DNA of 64,000 bases from Chloroflexota bacterium (GCA_016194865.1 JACQAT010000009.1:86473-150472); one strand, 5' to 3'. Shown: positions 6,428 through 15,176, counted from the first letter of the stretch. The notes: generated from the sequence alone by a model not told the origin. Translations and numbers: made by a program.

Positions 6428-7948
6428 TTGTTTTCTTTAGCATCTTGGATCATCAAGCGCGTTACCACGGCCACCCTGATCACCATCGCGATCCTGGTCG
6501 GAGGATGCACCTCGCCCGCGGCGGTCAGCTCGCCCGGCCCCGTCCCCACGGCGGTTGAGACTCCGGCGCCTCCTCCCACCACGATCCCGACCGCGACACC
6601 TGTACCGACGCGTGCGCGGCCGACGGGCGACCCGCTCAGCTGCGCCGAGCGCGTGCCCGTGCCCGAGATCGCCGATGTCGTCGGCACGGCGTGGGCACCG
6701 GACGGCGCGAGCGTCGTCCTCGCGCACGTCGTGCCCCTGCCCTCCAGCCGCATCACCGGCTCACCGGAGGACTTCTTCCTCGACTCGCTCGACCTGCGCA
6801 GCGGCGAGCTCGTGCCGATCGGCGTGGGCGAACGCCCGCGCTTCTCCGCGAGCGGCCGCTATCTCTCGTACTGGAGCTGGGACGGGGACCTGCGCGTGGC
6901 GATCGGGGGGCGCGTCGTGGCGCTGCCCCATGCGACCACTCCCGACGTGCGCTGGGCCGGCGACACGCTCTTCTTCATCGAGAAGAAAGAGATCCGCACG
7001 TGGGCGGACGGGATCGAGCGCACCATCTCGCATCTTCCTGACGAGCTGGAGCTGAGCTATCCGCACGACGACGCGCACTTCAGTGCCGACACCGAGCGCT
7101 TCCTGGTCACGCGCTATCTCGCCGACGGCTCGGTGCGCCGCTACCTGGGGAACACGCGTGCCGGGACTGCTGGCGAGCTCGATCTCCCCGGCGCGACCTA
7201 CACCGAGTGGGCGCCCGCGGGGCACACGCTCCTGGTGCGCTACGCGGACCGGCTCGAGCTCCGCGATGACGCGATCGTCCGCGGCGCGCCGCTTTCGCGC
7301 TTCGCCGGTCCGGTGCACACCTGGCTCCCCGATGCGCGCGCGCTCCTCGTCGGCCAGCTGAGCGCCGCGCAGCTGGGGAGCATCCGCTTCGACGCGTTCG
7401 CGGCATGGGCGTCCGATGCGAGCGCCGCGACCGCGACCCTGCCGGACCTCGTGGGTGCGCGCGAGTTCAGTCCGGACGGCGCGTTCTTCGTGGGGACCGC
7501 GCGCACCGGTCTGCGCGGCGGACGGCTCGAGATCTTCCGCTGCGGGACCGGCGTCGCGGCGGCGCCGATCGCGATCGCGGCCGCGCCTGAACCATCGGAC
7601 AGGCGACTGCTGCGTCCCGTTGTCGGCGCCATCACGCAGGTGGTCCGGCCGACCCACACGGGTATCGACATCGCGGCCCCGCTGGGGACCGTGCTCGTCG
7701 CGTCGGATGACGGCGTGGTCAGCGAGGTGGGCCAGGTGACCGTCGGCGGCCGGCGCGTATGCGTCCGCCACCCGAGCGCGATCGAGACCTGCCAGTACCA
7801 CACCTCCGCGGCTCTGGTGACGGTCGGCCAGCGGGTGGTCCGCGGCCAGCCGATCGCGTTGATCGGCCTCACCGGGGTCACAACGGGTCCGCACGTCCAC
7901 TGGGAGGCCACGGCGGTCGGGACGATCGTCGACCCGCTGACCCGCTGA
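6428..7948 (+). CDS. Lipoprotein with beta-propeller-like N-terminal region and C-terminal M23 peptidase domain
   Basis: TTG start. Signal sequence plus lipobox LVGGC. C-terminus has HTGIDIAAPLGTVLVASDDGVV...GLTGVTTGPHVHWE (M23/LytM HxxxD and HxH motifs). Confidence 0.8.
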   Translation: MFSLASWIIKRVTTATLITIAILVGGCTSPAAVSSPGPVPTAVETPAPPPTTIPTATPVPTRARPTGDPLSCAERVPVPEIADVVGTAWAPDGASVVLAHVVPLPSSRITGSPEDFFLDSLDLRSGELVPIGVGERPRFSASGRYLSYWSWDGDLRVAIGGRVVALPHATTPDVRWAGDTLFFIEKKEIRTWADGIERTISHLPDELELSYPHDDAHFSADTERFLVTRYLADGSVRRYLGNTRAGTAGELDLPGATYTEWAPAGHTLLVRYADRLELRDDAIVRGAPLSRFAGPVHTWLPDARALLVGQLSAAQLGSIRFDAFAAWASDASAATATLPDLVGAREFSPDGAFFVGTARTGLRGGRLEIFRCGTGVAAAPIAIAAAPEPSDRRLLRPVVGAITQVVRPTHTGIDIAAPLGTVLVASDDGVVSEVGQVTVGGRRVCVRHPSAIETCQYHTSAALVTVGQRVVRGQPIALIGLTGVTTGPHVHWEATAVGTIVDPLTR

Positions 7949-8096
7949 ACGTGACCGGACCGTTACACGCGAAACCTCGGGCGACGGCCGGGTGTACGGT
8001 CAGCGCACCCATCGAGCCGGAAGGGCGCGCGCAGGCGCTCCTGAGGGGCCCTCTGGCAGAATGGGCCGTGCTCGGGGGAGCAGCCCGCTCCCGCAC

Positions 8097-8170
8097 GGTC
8101 CCGTGGTGCAGCGGCCTAGCATACGTCCCTGTCAAGGACGAGATCGCCGGTTCGAATCCGGTCGGGACCG
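8097..8170 (+). tRNA. tRNA-Asp (anticodon GTC)
   Basis: Manual cloverleaf. Acceptor GGTCCCG/CGGGACC, anticodon arm CGTCC-CTGTCAA-GGACG, T arm GCCGG-TTCGAAT-CCGGT. 74 nt, CCA not encoded. Confidence 0.9.
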
Positions 8171-8234
8171 CAGCGTTGCTCTGGTACGCGCGTTGCTACG
8201 TTACGGCACAGACCCGCGTACGAAAGGAAGGACC

Positions 8235-10346
8235 ATGCGTCGGATCGTCACCAGCATCATGGCGTTGGCGCTCGGGCTGAGTCTGGTCGTCGGCCTGGCG
8301 CCGGCCCCAGCCGCGGCCGTTGCGGGCTTCGACTCGGCCTATCAGTTCGAGAGCGCGTTCCTCAGCCTCGCGCCAGGAGACACCGGAACGTTCTCGGTGT
8401 TCTTCGCGAATACCGGCACCACGGCATGGGTGAAGGGCACGGCGAATCAGGTGAACCTTGCCACGTGCCTGAGTGACAAGCTCACGTGCAATGTGCCGCC
8501 CGAGAACGCGGCCTTCGCGAGCGCGTGGCTCTCGTCGGTCGCATACGCAGCGCACACGAAGGACACGGTCACGCCGGGCGACTTCAGCGCGTTCACGTAC
8601 ACCGTGAAGGTGCCGACGGGCCAGGCGGCCGGGACCTACCGCTTCAACGGTGACCTCGTGCAGGCATCCACGCTGCAGAAGATCCACCCCGAGGGTTATT
8701 ACCAAGACGTCACGGTCGCCGTCGCGGCGGCGACGTTCACCGCGACACCGGCGTTCGCCGCGGCCAACGACAAGATGAACTTCGTCAGCACCACGATCCC
8801 GGGCAACGGGCAGCACACCGTGACGTTCACGGCCTCCGCGCTCGTTGGTCAGAACCTGAGCTTCGTGGTGATCGACTCGGCAAATGTCGTCAACAACACC
8901 GATGGCACCTACAGCTTCTGCGACACGAACAGCGACTCGAAGGCCGACATCCTCACGGATGGCACGGTCTCGTTCACAGCGGTGAACGGCGTTTCGATCA
9001 CGCAGGCCGCGACCGTCATCAACCAGCCGGTCCCGTCGAGCGGGATCATCACCGTCACCATCGACTCGTCCACACGTAACCGTCGTGTGCGGGTCATCGC
9101 GTGGCAGGACAAGAGCGCCAACGGCCAAGTCGAGCTGACCGGCGCCGGCGACACCAACTGCAACGCGTACACGCCGTACAACGTGAGCACCGACGGCCTC
9201 ATCGCCGTGTCGGGCCGTAAGTTCTTCACCGGCTCGAACGGCACGTTCGGCGCGCAGTTCCCGGACACGGCCGGAGCCGCGACGTGCAACCCCGTGTACC
9301 GCTTCTCGGCGACGCTGGGCATGTTGACCGCCGGCCCGACGAGCGACACGAGCCTCCGCTACGTGTTCGACTCGAACGACACATTCCGGATCAGCGGGAC
9401 GCCTGTCTCGCTCACCCAGTTCTTCAACGCGATCAACGCCAACGCCAGCGGCACCGGCGACAAGGTGACCGTCAACTACAACCCCGACCCCGCCGGCGTC
9501 TCCGAGATCAACATCTGCAGCCGCTCGGGCTTCGCCGCTCCCAGCAACGTGACGGCCGCCGTCGGCAACTTCGACGCCGGCGCGACCGCGGAGGACGTCC
9601 GCCTCTCCTTTACCACCAGCGCGAGCAACACGATCACGACCTACCCGGTCCAGCGGGCGCCGATCTCGACGACCGCCACGAGCAGCAACTGCGCCCTCGG
9701 CGCGACGGCTCCCTCCTCGGGAGTCTCCTCGGCAGTACCTGCGGACACGAACTTCGTGACCGTCGGTAGCGTTACCGCGAACTCGGGCCAGACCGCCAGC
9801 TTCACCAACTTCGACCTCGCGAACGGCGGGTACTGCTTCCGCGTCCGGACGACCGACCCGACGACCGGCGCCTTCAGCTATTCCAACTACGTGCCCGTGA
9901 ACGTCCCGGGAGTGGGCGACACGACAGCGCCGACCTCGACGTCGGCCGTCCTCTCCACCTCCGCGGGCTTCGGCAACACCCTGGACACGGGCGACAAGAT
10001 CGCCTTCAACTTCAGCGAGGCCATCTCGCTCGCCAGCAACGCCACGATCCGCTTCACGGACAGTGATTGCGGCAACGCCACCAACGCCGGCCCAGCCGCA
10101 TGCACCGGCGGCACCACGAACACCGTGGGTGACGTCATCTGCGGCACGAACGCGACGTGCACGCTCAACACCGCGAACACCGAGCTCACCGTGACGATGA
10201 CGGCCAACCCCACCATCGCCGCGGCGGGTAGCACCGCCGGCCTTCAGTACCCGATCGTCGTGACGGATGCCTCCGGCATCACCGACACGTCGGGCAATCT
10301 CTGGAACTTCGCGAGCTCGGCGGACCGTCTCATCACGAACCCGTAA
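8235..10346 (+). CDS. Secreted Thr/Ser/Ala/Asn-rich cell-surface protein (candidate S-layer or adhesin-like), 703 aa
   Basis: ATG at 8235 follows AAGGAAGGA. Signal peptide is MRRIVTSIMALALGLSLVVGLAPAPAAA. The protein is long, beta-rich and low in charge, with no LPXTG. A strong terminator follows. The ORF-track start at 7992 runs through the tRNA and is rejected. Confidence 0.75.
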   Translation: MRRIVTSIMALALGLSLVVGLAPAPAAAVAGFDSAYQFESAFLSLAPGDTGTFSVFFANTGTTAWVKGTANQVNLATCLSDKLTCNVPPENAAFASAWLSSVAYAAHTKDTVTPGDFSAFTYTVKVPTGQAAGTYRFNGDLVQASTLQKIHPEGYYQDVTVAVAAATFTATPAFAAANDKMNFVSTTIPGNGQHTVTFTASALVGQNLSFVVIDSANVVNNTDGTYSFCDTNSDSKADILTDGTVSFTAVNGVSITQAATVINQPVPSSGIITVTIDSSTRNRRVRVIAWQDKSANGQVELTGAGDTNCNAYTPYNVSTDGLIAVSGRKFFTGSNGTFGAQFPDTAGAATCNPVYRFSATLGMLTAGPTSDTSLRYVFDSNDTFRISGTPVSLTQFFNAINANASGTGDKVTVNYNPDPAGVSEINICSRSGFAAPSNVTAAVGNFDAGATAEDVRLSFTTSASNTITTYPVQRAPISTTATSSNCALGATAPSSGVSSAVPADTNFVTVGSVTANSGQTASFTNFDLANGGYCFRVRTTDPTTGAFSYSNYVPVNVPGVGDTTAPTSTSAVLSTSAGFGNTLDTGDKIAFNFSEAISLASNATIRFTDSDCGNATNAGPAACTGGTTNTVGDVICGTNATCTLNTANTELTVTMTANPTIAAAGSTAGLQYPIVVTDASGITDTSGNLWNFASSADRLITNP

Positions 10347-10362
10347 CAGCGTCGGATACACG

Positions 10363-10394
10363 AAAAGACCGGGGCCGACTGGCCCCGGTCTTTT
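10363..10394. terminator. Bidirectional-looking intrinsic terminator
   Basis: AAAA, then GACCGGGGCC, GACT, GGCCCCGGTC, then TTTT. 10-bp perfect GC-rich stem flanked by an A-tract and a T-tract. Confidence 0.8.
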
Positions 10395-10513
10395 CATTTC
10401 ATGCGCAGCGGCCCTCTCGCTTCGCATCGAGGGTCGCGGCGCGGATCAAGGCTGGTGGATCTCGCTCGGGCGGGCAAAGCCCGCCCTCGCTCGTTCATCT
10501 TGTCCCCGCTAAG

Positions 10514-11908
10514 GTGACGCTGGTGAGCGGTGCGCTGGGGATGGGAATCGAGGAGCTCGGCAAGGGCTACCGCGCGAAGTCCCTCTCGGTGAGCGAGGTG
10601 GTCGAGGGCGCGCTCGCCCGCATCGCGGAGCTGGAGCCGCGGGTCAACGCGTTCATCGCCGTCACCGCGGAGCGGGCGCGCGCCGACGCACGGGAGCGTG
10701 ACCGCGAGCTTGCCGGTGGGACCGATCGGGGGCCGCTCCATGGCGTCCCAATCGCCGTGAAGGATCTCTTTGACGTTCGTGGCGTTGTCACGACCGCGGG
10801 ATCGAGCTTCCTGCGCGACTCGGTCGCGAACGCCGACAGCGAGGTCTGGCGACGCCTGCGCGAGGCCGGTGCGGTGATGCTCGGAAAGACCAACCTGCAC
10901 GAGTGGGCCTTCGGCGTGACGAACGACAACCCGCATTACGGCCCCGCGCGGAACCCCTGGGATCTCGCGCGCGTCCCCGGCGGCTCGAGCGGCGGCAGCG
11001 CCATCGCGGTCGCGACGGGCAGCTGTCCCATCGCGCTGGGCACCGACACGGGCGGCTCCATCCGCATCCCCGCCTCGCTGTGCGGCGTCGTCGGGCTCAA
11101 GCCCACACGCGGCAGGGTCAGCCTGCGCGGCGTCATCCCCCTGAGCTGGACGCTGGACCACGCGGGCCCGCTCGCGCGCAGCGTGCGCGACGCGGCGCGG
11201 GTGCTCTCGTGCATCGCGGGATACGACGATGAGGATCCGGGCTCCGTCGATCGGCCGGTCGACGACTACCTCATCGCCATCGAGGACGGCGTGCGCGGGA
11301 TGCGGATCGCGGTCCCGACCGATCCCTTCTTCACGGACGTGGATCCGGAGGTGCGCCGCGCGGTGGAGGAGAGCGCGCGTCTGCTGGAGCGCGAGGGCGC
11401 GCGACTCGTCCCGCTCTCGCTTCCCTGGGTCGCGGAGATCGGTCCGTTCCAGGCGATCCTTATCGGCTCGGACGCAGCCGCCTTCCATCACGACCGTCTC
11501 GCCGAGAGCGCGGACGGCTTCGGCGCGGACGTGCGCGAGCGGCTCCAGCGGGGCGCCGCGCGCACGGGGACCGATGTCGCGCTCGCGCGTCGCGCGCGCA
11601 CGCGGATGAGGCGCGAAGCGGCGCGCTTGTTCGGCGAGCACGACGTGCTGTTGCTGCCCGCGACACCGATCGCCGCACCCGAGCTCGCGGGGAGCGACGC
11701 GCTTGCGGCGGCCGCGCGCCTCACGACGTTCACGGCGCCGTTCAACTTCACGGCGCTTCCGGCGATCGCGCTGCCCTGCGGGAACACCGCGGGCGGGCTC
11801 CCGATCGGGCTGCAGCTCGTCAGCGGGCCGTGGCGTGAGGCGGAGCTGCTCCGGTGCGCGCGTGCGTTCGAGCGCGCGACCGGCGGCGCGAAGCTCGCGC
11901 GCCTTTAG
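10514..11908 (+). CDS. Amidase-signature family enzyme (GatA-like amidase)
   Basis: Amidase signature GGSSGGSAIAVATG, plus the Lys and Ser-cisSer context (HGVPIAVKDLF, GTDTGGSIRIPA). Start is GTG 10514, or ATG 10541. Confidence 0.85.
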   Translation: MTLVSGALGMGIEELGKGYRAKSLSVSEVVEGALARIAELEPRVNAFIAVTAERARADARERDRELAGGTDRGPLHGVPIAVKDLFDVRGVVTTAGSSFLRDSVANADSEVWRRLREAGAVMLGKTNLHEWAFGVTNDNPHYGPARNPWDLARVPGGSSGGSAIAVATGSCPIALGTDTGGSIRIPASLCGVVGLKPTRGRVSLRGVIPLSWTLDHAGPLARSVRDAARVLSCIAGYDDEDPGSVDRPVDDYLIAIEDGVRGMRIAVPTDPFFTDVDPEVRRAVEESARLLEREGARLVPLSLPWVAEIGPFQAILIGSDAAAFHHDRLAESADGFGADVRERLQRGAARTGTDVALARRARTRMRREAARLFGEHDVLLLPATPIAAPELAGSDALAAAARLTTFTAPFNFTALPAIALPCGNTAGGLPIGLQLVSGPWREAELLRCARAFERATGGAKLARL

Positions 11909-12048
11909 GGGGCCATCAGCCCCTTTCCCTTAGGGAGAGGTCAGCCCGCGACGGGCTCGCCGGGGTCGGTCGAGCCGCGGATCAACAGAAACAGGAGCGC
12001 GACGAGCAGGCCCACGACGCCGGCACACCCGCAGCCGGTCACGCGCGG

Positions 12049-12360
12049 TCAGCTTCGACCGCAGCCGCAGCCGCCTCCGCCAAGGGTGGGATTGCGAACG
12101 ATGAAACCGCTGCCCGCGTCCTCGTCCACGAAATCGACGGTCGCGCCGCGCACCAGGGGCGCGCTGGCAGCATCGATCGCGAATGCGATCCCGTCGTGCA
12201 CGCTGAGCTCGTCCCCATCGGCCAGCTCATCGAGCGCGAGGCCGTACTGATAGCCGCAGCAGCTCTTTCCGGCGACGTAGACGCGCAGGATCCGACCGTC
12301 CTCGTTCGAGGGGCGGATCTCCTGGAGCTTCGACACGGCGGCGGGCGTCACCTCGATCAC
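12049..12360 (-). CDS. A-type iron-sulfur cluster carrier (IscA/ErpA/HesB family)
   Basis: GTG start at 12360. Sequence has IEVTPAAVSKLQEI, GKSCCGYQYGL, and a C-terminal GCGCG cysteine motif. The long ORF-track extension to 13098 is rejected. Confidence 0.8.
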   Translation of the reverse strand: MIEVTPAAVSKLQEIRPSNEDGRILRVYVAGKSCCGYQYGLALDELADGDELSVHDGIAFAIDAASAPLVRGATVDFVDEDAGSGFIVRNPTLGGGGCGCGRS

Positions 12361-12390
12361 GACGCGAGGGTACCATCGGTCGCCGACGAG

Positions 12391-12954
12391 ATGACACGCG
12401 ATGAGGCCTGGGCCCTGCTCTGCGAGTACACGACCGGCGAGAGCCTGCGCAAGCACGGGCTCGCGGTCGAGGCGGCGATGCGTCGTCTCGCGACCCGCTA
12501 CGACGGCAACGCCGAAGAGTGGGCGGTGACGGGCCTGCTCCACGACTACGACTACGAGCGGGATCCGGCGGGCCATCCCCAGAACGGCAGGTCCCTGCTC
12601 GAGCAGGCGGGCGTACCCGGCGAGATCGTGCACGCCATCCAGACCCACGGCGACCACCTCGGCATCCCGCGCGTGACGCCGCTCGAGAAGAGCCTCTACG
12701 CGGTGGACGAGCTGGCGGGCTTCGTGACCGCGGTCGCGCTGGTGCGGCCGGACAAGCGCGTCTCCAGCGTGACCGCCGAGAGCGTGCGCAAGAAGATGAA
12801 GGACAAAGCGTTCGCCCGCGCGATCAGCCGCGAGATGCTGACATCGGGCGCCGACGCGCTGGGCGTGCCGTTCGACGATCTCGTCGGCGAGGTCGTGGCG
12901 GCGCTGTCGGGCATCGCCGATCGGCTCGGCCTCGGGGGCTCGCCCTCCATCTGA
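12391..12954 (+). CDS. HD-domain phosphohydrolase
   Basis: ATG at 12391. Sequence includes LRKHGLAVEAAM...GLLHDYDYE...HAIQTHGDHLG (H..HD..D metal motif). 187 aa. Confidence 0.75.
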   Translation: MTRDEAWALLCEYTTGESLRKHGLAVEAAMRRLATRYDGNAEEWAVTGLLHDYDYERDPAGHPQNGRSLLEQAGVPGEIVHAIQTHGDHLGIPRVTPLEKSLYAVDELAGFVTAVALVRPDKRVSSVTAESVRKKMKDKAFARAISREMLTSGADALGVPFDDLVGEVVAALSGIADRLGLGGSPSI

Positions 12955-13238
12955 GCGCGGCGTAGGAGCGCGATCGCGGCGGCGCGGTTGGGCGCGCCGA
13001 GCACTTCGCAGGAGCGCCGGATATGCGTCCGCACGGTCGACTCCGCGAGCCCGTGGCGTGTCGCGATCTCCTTGCTCGTCAGACCCTCGGCGACGCATTC
13101 GAGGATCTGCCGCTGACGATCGGTCAGCCCGTCGGGCTTCGTCGCAGGCGCTCGCGCCTCACCACCGCGCGCGAGGAAGGCCGCGCAGAGCGCGCCGAGG
13201 CATAGCCCGGCGGCGAACGCGAACGGGCCGTCCCTCAC
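12696..13238 (-). CDS. Membrane-anchored LuxR/GerE-type HTH regulator with long low-complexity tail
   Basis: N-terminal TM helix (FAFAAGLCLGALCAAFLA). GerE HTH LTDRQRQILECVAEGLTSKEIATRHGLAESTVRTHIRR. The first in-frame stop is at 12696, 259 nt inside the convergent HD gene. Confidence 0.65.
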   Translation of the reverse strand: MRDGPFAFAAGLCLGALCAAFLARGGEARAPATKPDGLTDRQRQILECVAEGLTSKEIATRHGLAESTVRTHIRRSCEVLGAPNRAAAIALLRRAQMEGEPPRPSRSAMPDSAATTSPTRSSNGTPSASAPDVSISRLIARANALSFIFLRTLSAVTLETRLSGRTSATAVTKPASSSTA

Positions 13239-13265
13239 GAATGAGGAATACGGCCGGCGCTTGCG

Positions 13266-13562
13266 CTAGCTGGCCCGCCTCAGCGGCTTGCGGACGACCT
13301 CGTGCTCGAAGCGCTCGAGGAAGAGCTGTCCACCGCAGCGCGGGCAGATCGGCTGGCCGCTGTCCTCCCACTTCGGGGCGCCGTTTCCCGCGACGCGGTC
13401 ATACGCGACCCGCAGCTGCTCGGCGGTCGGCCGGCGCGCGCTCGTCGCGACCAGCACCTCACCGCAGCCGTGGCCGCAGAAGTAGCAATAGAGCTCGGCA
13501 CGCAGGGGCATCGTCGTGGCCTCCAGTTCGCCGTCCATCCGGACGGTCTCCCACCTGAACAA
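13266..13562 (-). CDS. Zinc-ribbon-like small protein, hypothetical
   Basis: Two Cys pairs: CYFCGHGC and CPRCGG. The start is ambiguous (ATG 13562 or ATG 13511). Confidence 0.5.
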   Translation of the reverse strand: MFRWETVRMDGELEATTMPLRAELYCYFCGHGCGEVLVATSARRPTAEQLRVAYDRVAGNGAPKWEDSGQPICPRCGGQLFLERFEHEVVRKPLRRAS

Positions 13563-13699
13563 CGAGGGGACCGCGGTTCGTGTTCCGTGTTCCCCTCATA
13601 CCGCGCAGCGGCACGTCGTGTTCCAACCGGCGGCTGCGCCTTGTCAAGGGATACGAAGATCGGCGCGGTCCGGACGCCTGGCTCGCGACCGGGCGGGTC

Positions 13700-13993
13700 C
13701 TAGCTCGCCGCGACGTCCAGCGAGACGAGCGCACCCTGCGACCGGAGGATGGTCAGCTGGCGGATGACGCCTCTCGGAATGATGTGGAAGTCGTTGTGGC
13801 GGTAGTCCTTCCCGGCGTTGCTGATGTCGTAGTCGCCGACCACGACGATGTAGTCGGGGGTCTCCTTCCACAGGAGGCCGCAGGTGAGCTTGCGCAGCCG
13901 GTAGGCCTCGAAGTCGTCAGGGATGGCGGTCCGGGAGTAGGCGGTGATGTCCTCCCACTCGACCGCGACCAACGGAGCGGTGATGTCGTCCAA
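13700..13993 (-). CDS. Hypothetical protein (97 aa)
   Basis: TTG start at 13993 lies 10 nt after GGAGGAAGGGAAGG. Sequence begins MDDITAPLVAVEWEDITAYSRTAIPDDFEAYRLRKL... I recognise no family. The upstream part of ORF 13700..14722 is in a different real gene's shadow. Confidence 0.5.
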   Translation of the reverse strand: MDDITAPLVAVEWEDITAYSRTAIPDDFEAYRLRKLTCGLLWKETPDYIVVVGDYDISNAGKDYRHNDFHIIPRGVIRQLTILRSQGALVSLDVAAS

Positions 13994-14157
13994 CGCCTTC
14001 CCTTCCTCCGAGCGAGCAAGCGCTGTGCGCTTCCCGGTACACGAACGGCCGAGATCGATCCGTCTGCGTACAAGAACGGAAGATACGGAGGCGTGTCGCG
14101 GTGTCAATGCCCTCGTGGGGGCATTTGCTCCGAACTGATCCCCCGAATATGCGGTGG

Positions 14158-14496
14158 TCAGCTTGCTTGGCGACCGCGCGCGATCAGCTCGGCGACCTTC
14201 TGGCCGCCCTTCTTGCCGATCTCCTCGAAGTGCTCGTGACCGTACTTCTCGGAAACGGCTTCCCCGCCGATCTTCCCGATGCGGCCGTAGAAGCGCGGCC
14301 CGTACAGCTCCTTGACCTTCTGCCCGCCCTGCTTGCCGATCTGCTCGTAGAAGTCGGACCCATGGCGCGCCGCGGTCGTGCGTCCGCCCTTCTTGCCGAT
14401 CTGCTCGTAGAACTCCGGTCCGTGCCGCTGCGCCGTGGTGGCACCACCCTTGCGACCCGCTTCCGCGACGGTCATGGCGCCCTTGTTCTTCGTCAC
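14158..14496 (-). CDS. KGG-repeat general stress protein (YciG/GsiB-like)
   Basis: Repeated motif of the type GRKGG..HG.EFYEQIGKKGG. GTG at 14496 follows GGAGGA by 6 nt. The alternative start is ATG 14475. Confidence 0.75.
   Translation of the reverse strand: MTKNKGAMTVAEAGRKGGATTAQRHGPEFYEQIGKKGGRTTAARHGSDFYEQIGKQGGQKVKELYGPRFYGRIGKIGGEAVSEKYGHEHFEEIGKKGGQKVAELIARGRQAS
14200..14460 (-). repeat. Intragenic tandem repeat, 60-nt (20-codon) period, about 4.5 units
   Basis: CCGCCCTTCTTGCCGAT-like blocks recur at about 14205, 14263, 14323, 14383 and 14443. Confidence 0.7.
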
Positions 14497-14618
14497 CACT
14501 GATCCTCCAAAGAGCTTCGACGGCGGGTCCTGTCCGACCCGTCCTGCCGCCAGCCGAGCGTGCACGTTCCGTGCCGACGCTCGGCAGCCTGTGGTGCGGA
14601 CGAGCAATACGCGGACAC

Positions 14619-15176
14619 CTAGCGGACGAGCTGCATCCGAACCGTGCACAGGTCCGGACACCCGAGGAGCTGACGCGTCGCGTTCGAGAGATCGAGCTCG
14701 CGGCTGTAGACGTACGGGCCACGGTCGATCACGTGGACCTGCACGACGCGATCGCGGTAGGTCAGGACGAGGGGCGTGCCGCAGGGCAGCGTGCGGTGGG
14801 CGACACCCACGATCTCGGGCGTGTAGGTCAGGCCGCAGGCCGTACGGTTGCCGTAAAAGCCGGGCCCGTACCAGGACGCCATCACGACGCTGCCGCTGAC
14901 GGGGTCCGCCACGACGGCCGGGGGCGGCGGTGCGGGCGGCGCGACAGCAGCGGACGCGATCGTCGGCGCCTCGGTGTCGGCGGGCGGCAGCTCGGGGACC
15001 GTCCGCATGTCGAGATCCTCGGACACGGCGCTGCGGAGGATGACCGGCGTGCTCGCCGCGGCAGGTGTCTGGCCTTCGGCGCCGAGCGCGAGCACCAGGG
15101 TCACGATGAAGACCGCGCTGCCCACGGGCGCGATGGCCCGGTGAGCACGCGATCCGAGCGTCCGACCCCGATGCAT
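14619..15176 (-). CDS. RlpA-like double-psi beta-barrel (septal lytic transglycosylase-like) protein
   Basis: ATG at 15176. N-terminal TM/signal segment, a Pro/Ala linker, then ASWYGPGFYGNRTACG...RVVQVHVIDRGPY (RlpA/DPBB signature). Confidence 0.75.
   Translation of the reverse strand: MHRGRTLGSRAHRAIAPVGSAVFIVTLVLALGAEGQTPAAASTPVILRSAVSEDLDMRTVPELPPADTEAPTIASAAVAPPAPPPPAVVADPVSGSVVMASWYGPGFYGNRTACGLTYTPEIVGVAHRTLPCGTPLVLTYRDRVVQVHVIDRGPYVYSRELDLSNATRQLLGCPDLCTVRMQLVR

Noticed and set aside
10455-10495. GC-rich hairpin CTCGGGCGGGC AAA GCCCGCCCTCG upstream of the amidase gene, considered as a terminator or riboswitch element.
   Set aside because: It has no U-tract and no recognisable riboswitch consensus. 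A strong terminator for the upstream gene already lies at 10363-10394.
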